Assembly (NCBI RefSeq): GCF_009914755.1
Contig: NC_060940.1
Length of the DNA: 64,000 nt
Source of the DNA: the human T2T-CHM13v2.0 reference genome, Homo sapiens
Reading direction: 5' to 3' (one strand)
Below are positions 41,701 through 52,610 of this stretch, in pieces. The notes under the pieces are model-generated. The model had not been told where the DNA came from. It saw nothing but the letters and a program-made list of their open reading frames with translations, and searched no databases. Made by a program: the position numbers and the translations under genes. Position 1 is the first letter of the stretch. Every line of letters begins with the position of its first letter.

Positions 41701-43607
41701 CCCTTCACAGATTCTACAAAAACAGCATTCCCAAACTGCTGACTGAAAAGGAAAGTTTACCTCTGCCAGGTGAATGCACACATCGAAAAGCGGTTTCTCA
41801 GACAGCTTCACTCTTGTTTTTATCCTGGGATATTCGCTTTTTTGCCATTGGCCCCAATGAGCTCCAAAATGTCCTTTCACAGGAAGAACAAAAGCAGTGT
41901 TTCCAAACTGCTGAATAAAAGAAGGGTTTAAATCAGTGAGATGAATGCACACATCACAAAGCAGTTTCTCAGATAGCTTCCTTCTAGTTTTTATGCTGGG
42001 GTATTTTATTTTTCACCATTGGCCTCAATGAGCTCAAAAATGGCTATTTCCAGAATGGACAAACACAGTGTTTCCAAAATCCGGAATCAAAAGAAAGGTT
42101 TAACTCTGTGAGATGAATGCACACGTCACAAAGCAGCTTCTCCAAAAGCTTCTTTCTAGCTTTTATCTGAAGATATTTTCTTTTTCACCATAGGCCTCAA
42201 TGCACTCCCAAATATCCCTTTGCAGATTCTACAAGAAAAGTGTTTCTATACTGCTGAATGAAAAGAAGGGTTTAACTCTGTGAGATGAATGCACACATCA
42301 CAAAGCGGTTTCTCAGATACCTTGTTTCTTGTATTTATCCTGGGATAATTGCTTTTTTGCCATTGACCACAATGAGCTCCCAAATGTCCATTTGCAAAAT
42401 GGACAAAAACACTGTTTTAAACCCCTGAATGAAAGCAAAGTTTTAACTCTGACAGATGAATGCACACATAGCAAAGCGGTTTTGCAGATAGCTTCCTTCT
42501 AGTATTTATCCTGGGATTTTTTTTTTTTTTTTTGCCTTTGCCCTTAATGAGCTCTCAAATGTCCATTCGCAGAATGGACATAAACAGTGCTCTCAAACTG
42601 CTGAATCTAAATAAAGTTTTAACATTTCGAGATGAATGCACACATCACAAAGCAGTTTCTCAGAAAGATTCTTTCTAGTTTTTATCTAAAGATATTTTCT
42701 TTTTCACAGTAGATCTCAGTGCACTTCCAAATAGCCCTTCAGAGAATCTACAAAATCAGAGTTTCCAAACTGCTGAATGAAAAGAAATGTTTAAATTTGT
42801 GTGATGAATGCACACATCACAAAACCATTTCTCAGATAGTTTCATTCTAATTTTTACACTGGGATATTCTCTTTTTCACCATTGGCCTCAATGAGCTCCA
42901 AAATGTTCATTTGCAGAATGGACAAAAACAGTGTTTCCAAACTGCTGAATCAAAAGAAAGGTTTCAGTCTGCAAGATGAATACACACATCACAAAGCAGT
43001 TTCTCAAAAAGTTTCTTTCTAGTTTTAATCTGAAGATACTTACTTTTACCCCTTAGGCCTCAATGTGCTCTCAAATATCAATTTGCAGATTCTACAAAAA
43101 CAGTGTTTCCAAACTGCTGTATGAAAATAAAGGTTTCACTCTGTGAGTTGAATGCACACATCACAAAGTGGTTTCTCAGATAGCTTCCTTCTAGTTTTCA
43201 TCCTTGGATATTTGCTTTTTTGCCATTGGTCTCAATGATCTCCCAAATGTCTATTCGCAGAATGCAGAAAAACAGTGTTTTGAAAGTGCTAAATCAAAAG
43301 TAAGGTTTAACTTTGTCAGGTGAATGCACACATCACAAAGCAGTTTCTCAGAGAGCTTCTTTCTACTTTTTATCTGAAGATATTTTCTTTTTCACATAGG
43401 CATCAAGGCGCTCCCAAATATCCCTTCACACATTCTACAACAAAAGTGTTTCCAAACTGCTGTGTTACAAGAAAGGTATAACACTGCAAGATGAATGGAC
43501 ACATCACAGAGCAGTTTTTCAGTTGGTTTCTTTCTACTTTTTATCCTGGGCTATTTGCCTTTTTGTCATTGTCCTCGAAAAGTTCCCAAATGTCCTTTCT
43601 CTGAATA
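23714..43607 (-). repeat. Divergent alpha satellite array, reverse orientation (interrupted by an L1 at ~36,012-36,299)
   Basis: Reverse-complement motifs (GTGTTTCCAAACTGCTGAATC, GATGAATGCACACATCACAAAGCAGTTTCTCAG) at ~171-bp spacing. The last monomer breaks off at ...CCAAATGTCCTTTCTCTGAATAG. Confidence 0.98.
36012..36299 (+). mobile_element. 5'-truncated L1PA (L1PA3-PA5-like) 3' end inserted in alpha satellite
   Basis: GAAACCATCATTCTCAGC...CATGTTCTCACTCATAGGTG...GGGATAGCATTAGGAGATATAC...CACCAACATGGCACATGTATACATATGTAACAAACCTGCAC...CTTAAAGTA matches the L1 ORF2 end and 3'UTR as I recall the consensus. It ends in a short degraded A-rich tail. Confidence 0.95.
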
Positions 43608-43869
43608 GGCCATTGAAGCAAGCAATTAGCCTTATGAGGAAAGAGTTACCTGTGGATAAAGGAGAAACTGAAAAATTCACAAGTCAAGACTTTTTGAGCA
43701 AAAACAAAAATATGACTATTAGTCACCAATTCAGTACAGTGAAAAAAAAGTTGAAGAGATATCTTGGAAGTAAACCATGTTGTGGAAGAGCATGTAGGGT
43801 TTTGATAATCATGGGATGATTCTGAATTAATTTTAAATGCGATAGGAATATATGAGACAATTTCACCAG

Positions 43870-44200
43870 AGAATAACATGATTGTGTTTGCATTTCAAAG
43901 GGGTGTATCTGGTGCACTGTGTAGAATAAATAGGTTATGTGAGCAAATAAATTGGGAGGCTACCGTAATCCCAAGAAAAAAGGTAGTGACTTAGGTGAGA
44001 ATGCTGTCAGGATGAGTGGTAGTAGTGGTGAGGAGTCGTTAGGCCATGGATGTATTTCATAGGACTGGCCAAGAGAACTGCAGCTAAATTGGAGTGTAGG
44101 GAGTGAAATGGAGAACTCAAAGACGGCTCTCAGCAGTGGAAGGTGACAGCTGTCACTGAAGCATGCTGATGCCTCTCATTAAGAGAGTTACTTGGGAATG
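43870..44200 (-). mobile_element. Degraded L2 LINE fragment
   Basis: Purine-rich tract TTTGCATTTCAAAGG...GGGAGGCTACCGTAATCC...GGTAGTAGTGGTGAGGAG...AAATTGGAGTGTAGGGAGTGAA...CAAAGACGGCTCTCAG resembles the antisense L2 consensus as recalled. Boundaries are approximate. Confidence 0.5.
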
Positions 44201-45715
44201 GCAAGATCAAAATTTCTCACTTTCAAATTTATGAAAAATATTGTTTTCAGAACGAATGATTTTGGGATCAGAAAGCCACCATTCTAATTGATGGTTCCAC
44301 GACTGCACAGGCTCACACTCCCAAGAGCAAAAGTAAATCATCATAAAGGTGCTTCCTGATAATTCTAGAGAATGGAGAATTACTGTAACATCTTTCTGAT
44401 TTTAGGAGAGGTAGCAGTTCCCTTTTTAGCCTAAACGCTATTTTTTTTAAAGCTCAGCCAAGAGACTCCATTATAATTTTCAAATGTGTGTAACTTAAAT
44501 TCTCATATGAAATACCACTATGCTTAAATTAGTCAAAACATTTTTCCCATCTACAACTCTATCTTGTCATTGCAATCATTTTCACAAAAGTGACTGCAGC
44601 TCACAGACCCTAAAAGGAGAAAATCCAGGGTAGGTTATCTGATCTAGTTAGTTTCGAAGACAGGATCTAGAGATTATTTAATATGAAATAGGTCACCTGA
44701 AATGAAGTGTTTACTGAAAACAGCTTGGATCAGCCCAGTTTTCTACCACTGAACCATGCATTTGGTTTAAAAAACACAACAACTCTGGGGAATATCAGCT
44801 GCTTCCAACTGTGTTGAAGGTGTTAAAGAAAAGAGCATAAAATTAAAAATGGTCATCTGAGGCCTTTATAGTCTCTGCTCAAGAGACTAGAGTCTTCCAT
44901 TCTTAATGAAACACCCTAATATCTTAATAATTGGGCAAAATCTAAATATCAGAGATAATTTTATCTTGAAGATTGTTAAATTATAATGGCGATTCACTAC
45001 CTTGTCACGTCTCTGAGTCAAAAATTAGGTCTTTGTTTAGGAATCAATGGTACTCTGCAACTTGGAAATAGGAAGATTTTAGAAGACTCAAACATTGACT
45101 TTCTTGTGGGCAAAAAAAAAGACGTATTGAGATAAGACAAGTCTTTCCTTGCAAGGATACCTCTAATGCTCATACACCACCTCCCCTAACATTAATATAG
45201 CTTCCAGGTCACTAACCAGTGTCAGAGAGCAGCCCATGCAACTAGAAATTCAAAAGACGTCAAACACAGGGTCAAGCCTAGAATAAGAAGTCTTAGCTAA
45301 TTAAGTATGCTTTTTTCCCCAAATTCATATTAACAAAAACTTGGATATGTCAGAGAATGCATTCTAAGTTCACTCAACCTAGGAGGGAGAAGCATAATTT
45401 TAAATTAAGAGCTGAAGCATTCTTGTCCTAACAGAAAGCAAGGAAAATGAAATATCACACCACAGGAGGGATTTCACAAATTAGTGTCAACATCAAAACC
45501 TTAAAATAGGCAAGGAGAATGCAGATTCACAATGAACTCTTGTACTTGTTTTGTTCAGAGAAGAGATGGTTCTGAGAGAATGACAGTGAACTAACCCCAG
45601 CTGGTTTAGTTGGTGCTTTCAACTGCTGCTTCTGATAAACTCCTTTAGCTAGAATAAATTGATGAGGATTTTGGCATGTGGTATTAGAGATGGTTATTAA
45701 TTTTTTCCTCTTATT

Positions 45716-45812
45716 TGCATTGTTCAATGTAGTAAATACTAGCTGTATATGGCTACTTCAATTCAAATTAATTACAATGAAATATACTTAAATATTGAAT
45801 TTTTTAGTCACT
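45716..45812 (+). mobile_element. MER33/MER3-like hAT DNA transposon end fragment
   Basis: TGCATTGTTCAATGTAGTAAATACTAGCTGTATATGGCTACTTCAATTCAAATTAATT resembles the MER33 terminus (TGTCCAATACGGTAGCCACTAGCCACATGTGGCTATTTAAATTTAAATTAATT). Confidence 0.55.
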
Positions 45813-46547
45813 GTTGGTTCATTATTGAATATCTTCAGCTAAGATTTCCCTTTAAATACACTAAGAGGTGGCTTAGTTAACTCGTCGTCCACAAATATTG
45901 AAGCTGTTGTTAACTCCTGATATATTCTCTGCAAAGAGAATATTCATGAGCCTCCTCCTGAAGCCAGCAGCCTAGAGATAGTTTTATAAATTGGATACAA
46001 GTTGGAAACCTATACTCTTTAAGTTTTTGAAATATTAGCTTCCCAGGGAAGAAAATCAAATTCATAAGATATGTTAGGACAATTTAACTCAAGATGTTCA
46101 AAACTGAAATGACATATTCTACAATATGTGATAAAACCACCCCCTAATACCTTAAAGCAAAACAGGGATGGACCTTAAAGACCTGCCTTTTCCTCATCCC
46201 CCAGCCAATCAGTTTTCAAATCTTGCATTTTATTTTGAAAGGTCCTTATCCCCCTGGTCTCTTGTTTCTAGACTTGGCACATATTTAAGTTTGTTACCTC
46301 TATCTACTGAATTTTCTCTCTTCAAACAGTATCTATGCCTGCCAAATGTGAACATACAAACAACAAATCAGAATGTGCCATTCTGATTTAAACTGCTTAT
46401 TAGTTAATACCCTCAAGATAACATCTGGGTTCTTAGCTGCAATGAGTCAAGCTTACTTACATCTTTTTTTGTCTTTGGCTGCACATTTCCTATCACATCA
46501 CACTCCAGCAACGCCAAGCTGTGCCGGCCTTCTACCCCATCTCCACT

Positions 46548-46858
46548 ATTTTGCCCTCCGCTGCCGCGGCTTTTTGCCCGCCCTGGCTTTTTGCCCCCAC
46601 CCGCCGCCGCGGCTTTTGGCCCCCCACACCGCCGCGGCTCTTTACCCGCCGCAGCTTTTTGCCTCCACCCCGCCTCAGCTTTTTGCCCGCCAAGGCTTTT
46701 TGCCTCGCCGCGGCTTTTTGCCCTCCACCCCGCCGACGCGGCTTTTTACCGCCGCGGCTTTTTGCCCGCCGCGGCTTTTTGCTCCCGCCGCCGCGGCTTT
46801 TTGCCCCTGCCGCCGCGGATTTTTGCTGCTGCGGCTTTTTGCTCCCGCCACCTTTGCA
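46548..46858 (+). repeat. GC/CpG-rich degenerate tandem repeat (GCCGCGGCTTTTTGCCC)n, the 'GCTTTTTGC' pericentromeric repeat
   Basis: More than a dozen variable units with the core GGCTTTTTGC, often preceded by the palindrome GCCGCGGC. A GCTTTTTGC repeat was described at ALD-paralog integration sites (Eichler et al. 1997). Confidence 0.92.
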
Positions 46859-46976
46859 ACCTTAATTTCACTTGAAATCTAATTTCCCACTGCCATGCCA
46901 TCTAACATATTTGTATGTTAGACTCTGGGAATTAGGACATGAACATTTTTGGGGGGCCACTATTTTGTCTACAGCA
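46859..46976 (-). mobile_element. MLT1 (MaLR LTR, MLT1C-like) terminal fragment
   Basis: CTCTGGGAATTAGGACATGAACATTTTTGGGGGGCCACTATTTTGTCTAC matches the antisense MLT1 start (…GGATTAGGACGTGGACATCTTTGGGGGGCCATTATTCTGCCTACCACA). Confidence 0.65.
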
Positions 46977-47065
46977 GACAGAATCTACACTGCCTGGGAG
47001 GCGCAGAGTATCTTGGGGGAGGCAGGGCTGGCCCTTCCCTCCGTGGACACCCAGCTTTCCCACAG

Positions 47066-47211
47066 GCCCTACATGTCTGTGGGTTCCCTGCGTGACCAGG
47101 TGACCTACCCGGACTCAGTGGAGGACATGCGAAGGAAGGGCTACTCAGAGCAGGACCTGGAAGCCATCCTGGACATCATGCACCTGCACTACATCCTGCA
47201 GCGGGAGGGAG
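47066..47211 (+). pseudogene. ABCD1P: ABCD1 pseudo-exon 7 (146 bp)
   Basis: cacag|GCCCTACATG...GGAGGGAG|gtagg; encodes [48 protein letters not shown]. Confidence 0.96.
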
Positions 47212-48289
47212 GTAGGAGGCCTGGGGCTAGCAGCCGCCCTTTGTCCCACCCTGGCCTCTCCCTTGGCCTCCAGGCAGTGAAGATTATCTCAACATCCAGG
47301 AGTCTAAAGTGCCAGGTGCCACAGGGGCAGGGCAGAGGGTGCTACCTCTGAGGCCCGCCTACCAGGGAGGACCAACACCACACAGATGGCCCCAGCTGGC
47401 ATGGGTGCTCTAGGGAAGGGGGCACCTAGCAGGGATGCGCACCTCATTGGGGGACCCAGGATACCCTCTCCCAGAGAAAAGGGGTCTGAGCTGAGCCCTG
47501 CAGAATGCTGAGTGGTTACCCCGTCCAGGAGCCAGGGGCAGCAGGGCAGAGTGCGGCCCGCAGGCTTGGTGGTGTGAGAGGCTGGCTCACAGAGGGCCCT
47601 CCGGACCAGGCGGGAGCCTAGGCTTTCCCTGAGCGGGATCAGACGCTCTTGGAAAGACCATGGGGCGGTGGGCAGGGGCAGCTTGGGAGGGGTAGGCACA
47701 TGTGTGCAGTGATGGCTACCGTCAGGAGGTCTGTGCAGAAGCTTGGAGGGGGCTGGGGCCAGCAGAGTCGGGTGGATTCAGAGATGAGTTCACTGAAAAG
47801 GAGGCCAGCCTGAGCTGTTTTCTTGTCCTGGGCTTATCAAGGAATACTGCTTGTCCACAGTGTCTGTCGGGCCGGGAGAACGGAGGAGGAGAGGGGGGTG
47901 CAGCTACAGGGACACAGTAGATGGAGCGTTCAGTTCTGTCTTTGAATTCTGAGCCTCTGGGTTCTGCTTCCAGCCCCCACTGCTGGGTGTGAGATGGCCC
48001 TGGGCAAGGACCTCGCCTTGCTGGGGCTCCCCTTCATGGTTCAAGGGCATGGGCACCAAGCCCTCCCTCGGTGGCAACATGAGAAGAAGTGGCTCCTGCA
48101 GGAAATGACCAGGGTGTTGTCACCTGCCTGTGGAGGAAGCGGGAACACAGGTGGCGATGGTGGTGGAACAGCCCCTGGCCCGGCCCTGCCTCTTGCTCCT
48201 GCTGCCTTCGGCCTGGGAGCACATGGCCCCTCCCGCCTCTGTGGCAGCCTGAATGCCCAGGGCCTGTGGCCGGCCAGCATGAGCCGTTA

Positions 48290-48730
48290 GGATGGAGTTG
48301 AGCTGCGAGGAACAGAACCGGCCTCCCTGCAGTAGTGGCTAAGATCATCTGTGAGTTTATCCTACTGAGCTGTTAGGTCCCAAGAGAGCCAGGCCACAGT
48401 TGCCAGGGCTGGCCCTGCTCTGTGAAGGCCCCAAGGCTCTAGGATTTTCTACCATGTCACTCTGCTGTGTGTGGCCTCCATTCCCAAAGTCACCTCATGA
48501 TCCAAGAGGGCTGCTGCAGCCCTCACATCATGTCCCAGGCTATAGGATGGAGGAAGTAGAAGGGAAGGGGCAAAAGGTATGTGCCTTCTATCTTTTAAGG
48601 AAGGTTCCAGAAGCCGCCATATTGAATAGTTACGGTTATATCTCATTGGCCACAACTTAGTCTCATGCTTACACCTCACCACAAGGCCACCTGGGAAGTG
48701 TAATCTCTACTCTGGGTGGCCATATACCCT
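48290..48730 (-). mobile_element. Old MLT1 (MLT1J/K-like) LTR in intron 7
   Basis: CAAGAGGGCTGCTGCAGCCCTCACATCATG...ATCTCATTGGCCACAACTTAGTCTCATG...CTGGGAAGTGTAATCT motifs are typical of antisense MLT1J/K. Confidence 0.55.
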
Positions 48731-48974
48731 GTCGCCACTTCTAGCCCTGGGCTGCTGGGGAAGGCAGCATGGGTGAGAAGACAGGAGGGGCTACTTCTGA
48801 CACAGCGCCCCGGCCTAATGGAGCAGCCAGCTCACCTGCTCGTTCAAGCAGCCCACTCGAGCCTTGCCAAAGTGCTGGCACGGGGCAGTGACAGGAGGCC
48901 CAACCCCTGTGGGTGACAAGCCCCCGGTCTGGGGAGAGCACTCAGGCCGCTCTGGAGCTCTGTGCCAAGAAACT

Positions 48975-49352
48975 GTATGGGTGTCCTGGGGCTGCCATAA
49001 ACCACAGGGGTGGATCATCTCCTGGATCCAGCAGCCCGAGATCCTGGTACTAGCAGGGTGGGTTCCTTCCAGGTGCCATGACAGAAGGATGTGTTCCAGG
49101 CCTCTGTCCTTGGCTCGCAGATGGTCCACTTCTCCCTGTGTATCTTCACCTCGTGTTCCCCTGTGCACGTCCTCTGCCCGCACACCCCCTTTTTATGAGG
49201 ACATAGTCATATTGAATTAGGGTCTGCTCTGATGACCTCATCTTAGTGTGATCACCTCTGCGAAGGCCCTGTCTCCAAATAAGGTCACACTGAAGTGTTG
49301 GGGCTTGGACTCCACCATATCTCTTCTAGGGGAAGGCACAATTCCAGTCCCC
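48975..49352 (-). mobile_element. MLT1A/B-like LTR in intron 7
   Basis: GGGGCTGCCATAA...CTTTTTATGAGGACATAGTCATATTGAATTAGGG...ATGACCTCATCTTA...CCCTGTCTCCAAATAAGGTCACACTGA are hallmark motifs. Confidence 0.75.
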
Positions 49353-49510
49353 ACTCCTCCATGATTAATGTCTGTCAGACAGACAAGGGCGCATAGGCAC
49401 AGGGGCCCTGTCGTCACAGCTAGCTCATTCCCACAGCTGCCCCAGCTCCCCGGCTGGCCCCCAGGTCTGGGTACTGGTGGAACTGAGCCAAGACCATTGC
49501 CCCTGCCTAG

Positions 49511-49595
49511 GTTAGGAGGCTATGTGTGACTGGAAGGATGTCCCGCCGGGTGGCGAGAAGCAGAGAATCGGCATGGCCCGCATGTTCTACCACAG
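49511..49595 (+). pseudogene. ABCD1P: ABCD1 pseudo-exon 8 (85 bp) with premature stop and LSGG>PPGG change
   Basis: cctag|GTTAGGAGGCTATG...TACCACAG|gtgag; reads G*EAMCDWKDVPPGGEKQRIGMARMFYH. Confidence 0.96.
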
Positions 49596-49744
49596 GTGAG
49601 CACTCCAGGCCGGCAGGCTCCCTGGGGTCCCCTGGAAGGAGAAGTAGCAGCTGTGGGGAGGCCTGGGCTCAGTGAAGCCTGAGCCAGGCTGGGGTGTTGG
49701 GCCCTGGAGGATGCACAGACTCTCCTCTCGGCCCAGACCCCCAG

Positions 49745-50265
<521 letters not shown>

Positions 50266-51220
50266 CACCACTCTCCCCAGCCCCTGCCCCGCCCCCAAGC
50301 TCGGATCACATGAAGGAGATAGCAGCACCCACCTGCGCACGCACCCCGCCCCTGCATGCCTGGCCCCTCCTCCTAGAAGACCCTTCCCGACCTCGGGAAA
50401 GTAGATGAGGAGGGTGGCGCCCTGCGTAACCCTCGCCCTGTCCCTCCCACTCCCTGGGGGGGGGGCTGTTCCACAGTTACTGGGCCCTGTCCAGGGCAGT
50501 GAGTCCTCTACTTTGCTCCGTGGAGGAAGCTGGAGTGCAAGGGGCCCAGTGCTGGCCGCACAGCAGCGCAGCCGAGCCCCAGGAGCCCCTCAGGCCACAG
50601 CCCCTGGCGCTGCAGGTGGCATCCCTCCTCGTCAGTCTCTCAAAGACCCCACGATCCATCCCTTGAGGGTGGCCAGCCAAGGCTCCCATCCCATGCGATG
50701 CCATAAAAGCCACCCAGTGGTACCCACGGTCACACAGAGCGCCTCACCGGCATCCTCTCCCCCACAAGAGCCCCGAAGATCCCACGGGAGAGGGACGCAC
50801 AGCACTGCCTGCCAAGCGAGAATGTAGGCCCCGCCCCCTCGGCCCCTCACCTCCTCTTTCTACAGCCTAATTTATTGGATTCCCTATTTGTAGCCATCTC
50901 CGTGGCCAATGTGACTACCCTGCCAGCAGTGGGGGCTGCCCAGCCTCTGAGTCCCCTAGGGCCCCGGCTCCCACTGGTGTCAAACCCAGCCCCTGTGGCC
51001 GTCACCCCGCCAGCCTACACTGCCAGCCGCCACCTGACCACACGGGCCTCTGCTTGCTAGCCGGGAGTGCGGACACCATGTTCCCAGCTCAGTGCCAAAG
51101 AGGGGTCACCAGGCGGAGCTGTCTGCAGAGCCAGCGCCTTCCTGAGAGAGACCCCACCGCCACAGTGTGCCTTTCCCGGGCCCTCAGCCCTCAGGCCGGG
51201 CGCCATCCCGAGTCCCCCCC

Positions 51221-51226
51221 AGTAAA
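51221..51226 (+). promoter_or_regulatory. Probable ABCD1-derived variant polyadenylation signal AGTAAA
   Basis: AGTAAA lies ~1 kb after the stop codon and is followed by GT-rich sequence. The position is consistent with an ~1-kb ABCD1 3'UTR (inference). Confidence 0.45.
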
Positions 51227-51934
51227 AGCCTCCATTGGCAAATGCAGTCCTTCCTCCCTGCCTCAGAGTCTGGTGGTGTCTGCTGCGGGTCTTGGGGTGA
51301 GATGGAGGAGAGGGAGTGGGTTGCCTGTGGGGGAAAGAGTGAGTTTGGGAAAGGAGTGGGCCTGATCCCCAAGCCCTTCCGTGGGGGAAAGTCACCAGAA
51401 GACATGGCCCAACATGCCCTCCACCGAGCCTCACGCCAATGTTCTTAGGATTCCTGTGACGGTGGCGGGGCAGAACCTGCAACAACATTGCACAGAAATA
51501 CTGGCTGAGCCCAAATAGGACTAGGGGACGGGATCATGCTGGTCCCTGTGGGAGGAGCACGAAGGCAAGAGAAAGGATGTCTAAGCTGCCACACAGGGTG
51601 CTGCTGGCCCTTCTAGGGAGAGGAGGCCACTTGTGCAGGGGCCTGGGGGGAACTGGGAGCACATTGCAGGGTGTTCGTGCTGCATGCAGGGGAAGGGAGG
51701 GCAGGGGAAGGGAGGGCTGCAGCTGGCGGGCCTTGGAGGCCACACTACAGAGACAGGACTTAGCCCAGAGGCCACCGAGGAGCTTTCAGCAACAGGGAAG
51801 CAGTGTCGAGTACTGCAGGCCACTTGGCTGCATGTGAGGGTGGCTGGTGGGAATAGGGTGTGGCAGCCCATCTGGCCTCAGAGGCATGAGAACTGAGAAC
51901 AGCTGTGCGGCCATACCTTTATGCATGGATGGCC

Positions 51935-52608
51935 ATAGCCTCCCAAAGGTGGGACAGCCTGAGTATTCATCAACAGACAAATGGACAAACAGCCTGTCCA
52001 TAAGGCGTGGTGCCATTCCACCATAACACGACGGATAGACCTCAAAGAGTTCGTTCTGGGTGAAAGAAGCCAGACACAAATGTCCAGAATAGGCTCATCG
52101 GGACAGAAAGCAGATGAGTGGGTGTCAGAGGCTGGGGCAGGGGAAGGAAAATGGGGCAGGGGCAGTCCTTTTTAAAAAATTTTGTATTTATTTTTTATTT
52201 TTTAATGAGACAGACAGGGCCTCACCGTGTCACCCAGGCTGGAATGCAGCGGTGCAGTCATAACTCACTGCAGCCTTGATCTCCCGGGCTCAAGCAATCC
52301 TGCCCCAGCCTCCTGAGTAGCTGGAACCACAGGCGTGTGCCACCATACCCTACTAATTTTGTGATTTTTTTTTTTTTGTAGACAGGATCTCACTATGTTG
52401 CCCAGGCTGGTCTCAAACTGCTGAGCTCAAGCGATCGTCCTGCCTCAGCCTCCCACAGTGCTGGATTACAGGCATGAGCCACCACACTCAGCCTCGCGTT
52501 TCTTTTTATTTCGAAGAAAATGTTCTGGAACTATAGAGCATACTAAATGCCACTGAATTGTGCACTTTAAAGGGATTGATTGTATATTTTGTGAATATCC
52601 CCTCAAAA
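51935..52608 (+). mobile_element. Old L1M 3'-end fragment interrupted by AluJ
   Basis: CATCAACAGACAAATGGACAAACA, GTGAAAGAAGCCAGACACAAA, GAAAATGTTCTGGAACTA and ACTAAATGCCACTGAATTGTGCACTTTAAA motifs. Confidence 0.7.
52186..52494 (-). mobile_element. AluJ
   Basis: Antisense dimeric Alu with J-type GGCTCAAGC(A/G)ATC in both arms; T-rich tail on the left. Confidence 0.9.
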
Positions 52609-52610
52609 AC

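Larger units (their letters stand above)
43608..46545. other. AT-rich non-satellite segment of euchromatic-type origin directly abutting alpha satellite (probable pericentromeric duplicon)
   Basis: 171-bp periodicity is lost abruptly. The segment contains ancient L2- and MER33-like fragments, which predate alpha satellite. The source locus is not identifiable by eye. Confidence 0.7.

Noticed and set aside
228-43520. Dozens of 60-160 aa ORFs with recurring motifs (LSEKLLCDVCIHLTEL, SAVWKHCFC) that look like a Cys/His-rich repeat-protein family
   Set aside because: They are translations of 171-bp (57-codon) alpha-satellite monomers, occur in all frames and on both strands, and are riddled with stops. 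Not genes.
1-43607. CRISPR-like or other prokaryotic repeat-spacer array
   Set aside because: The whole unit is repeated with no unique spacers and no cas genes; the sequence is primate alpha satellite.
1-43607. Active centromeric HOR array
   Set aside because: Monomers are highly divergent, no CENP-B boxes were seen, and there are indels, an L1 insertion and an inversion. Only a local 3x 4-mer shows higher-order identity.
46373-46882. 169-aa and overlapping Pro/Ala/Arg-rich ORFs
   Set aside because: These are stop-poor translations of the GCTTTTTGC repeat, open in all three frames.
46872-47351. 159-aa chimeric ORF reading through ABCD1 exon 7
   Set aside because: It has a non-ATG (TTG) start in an MLT1 fragment and runs through intronic sequence on both sides; a chance extension of the exon frame.
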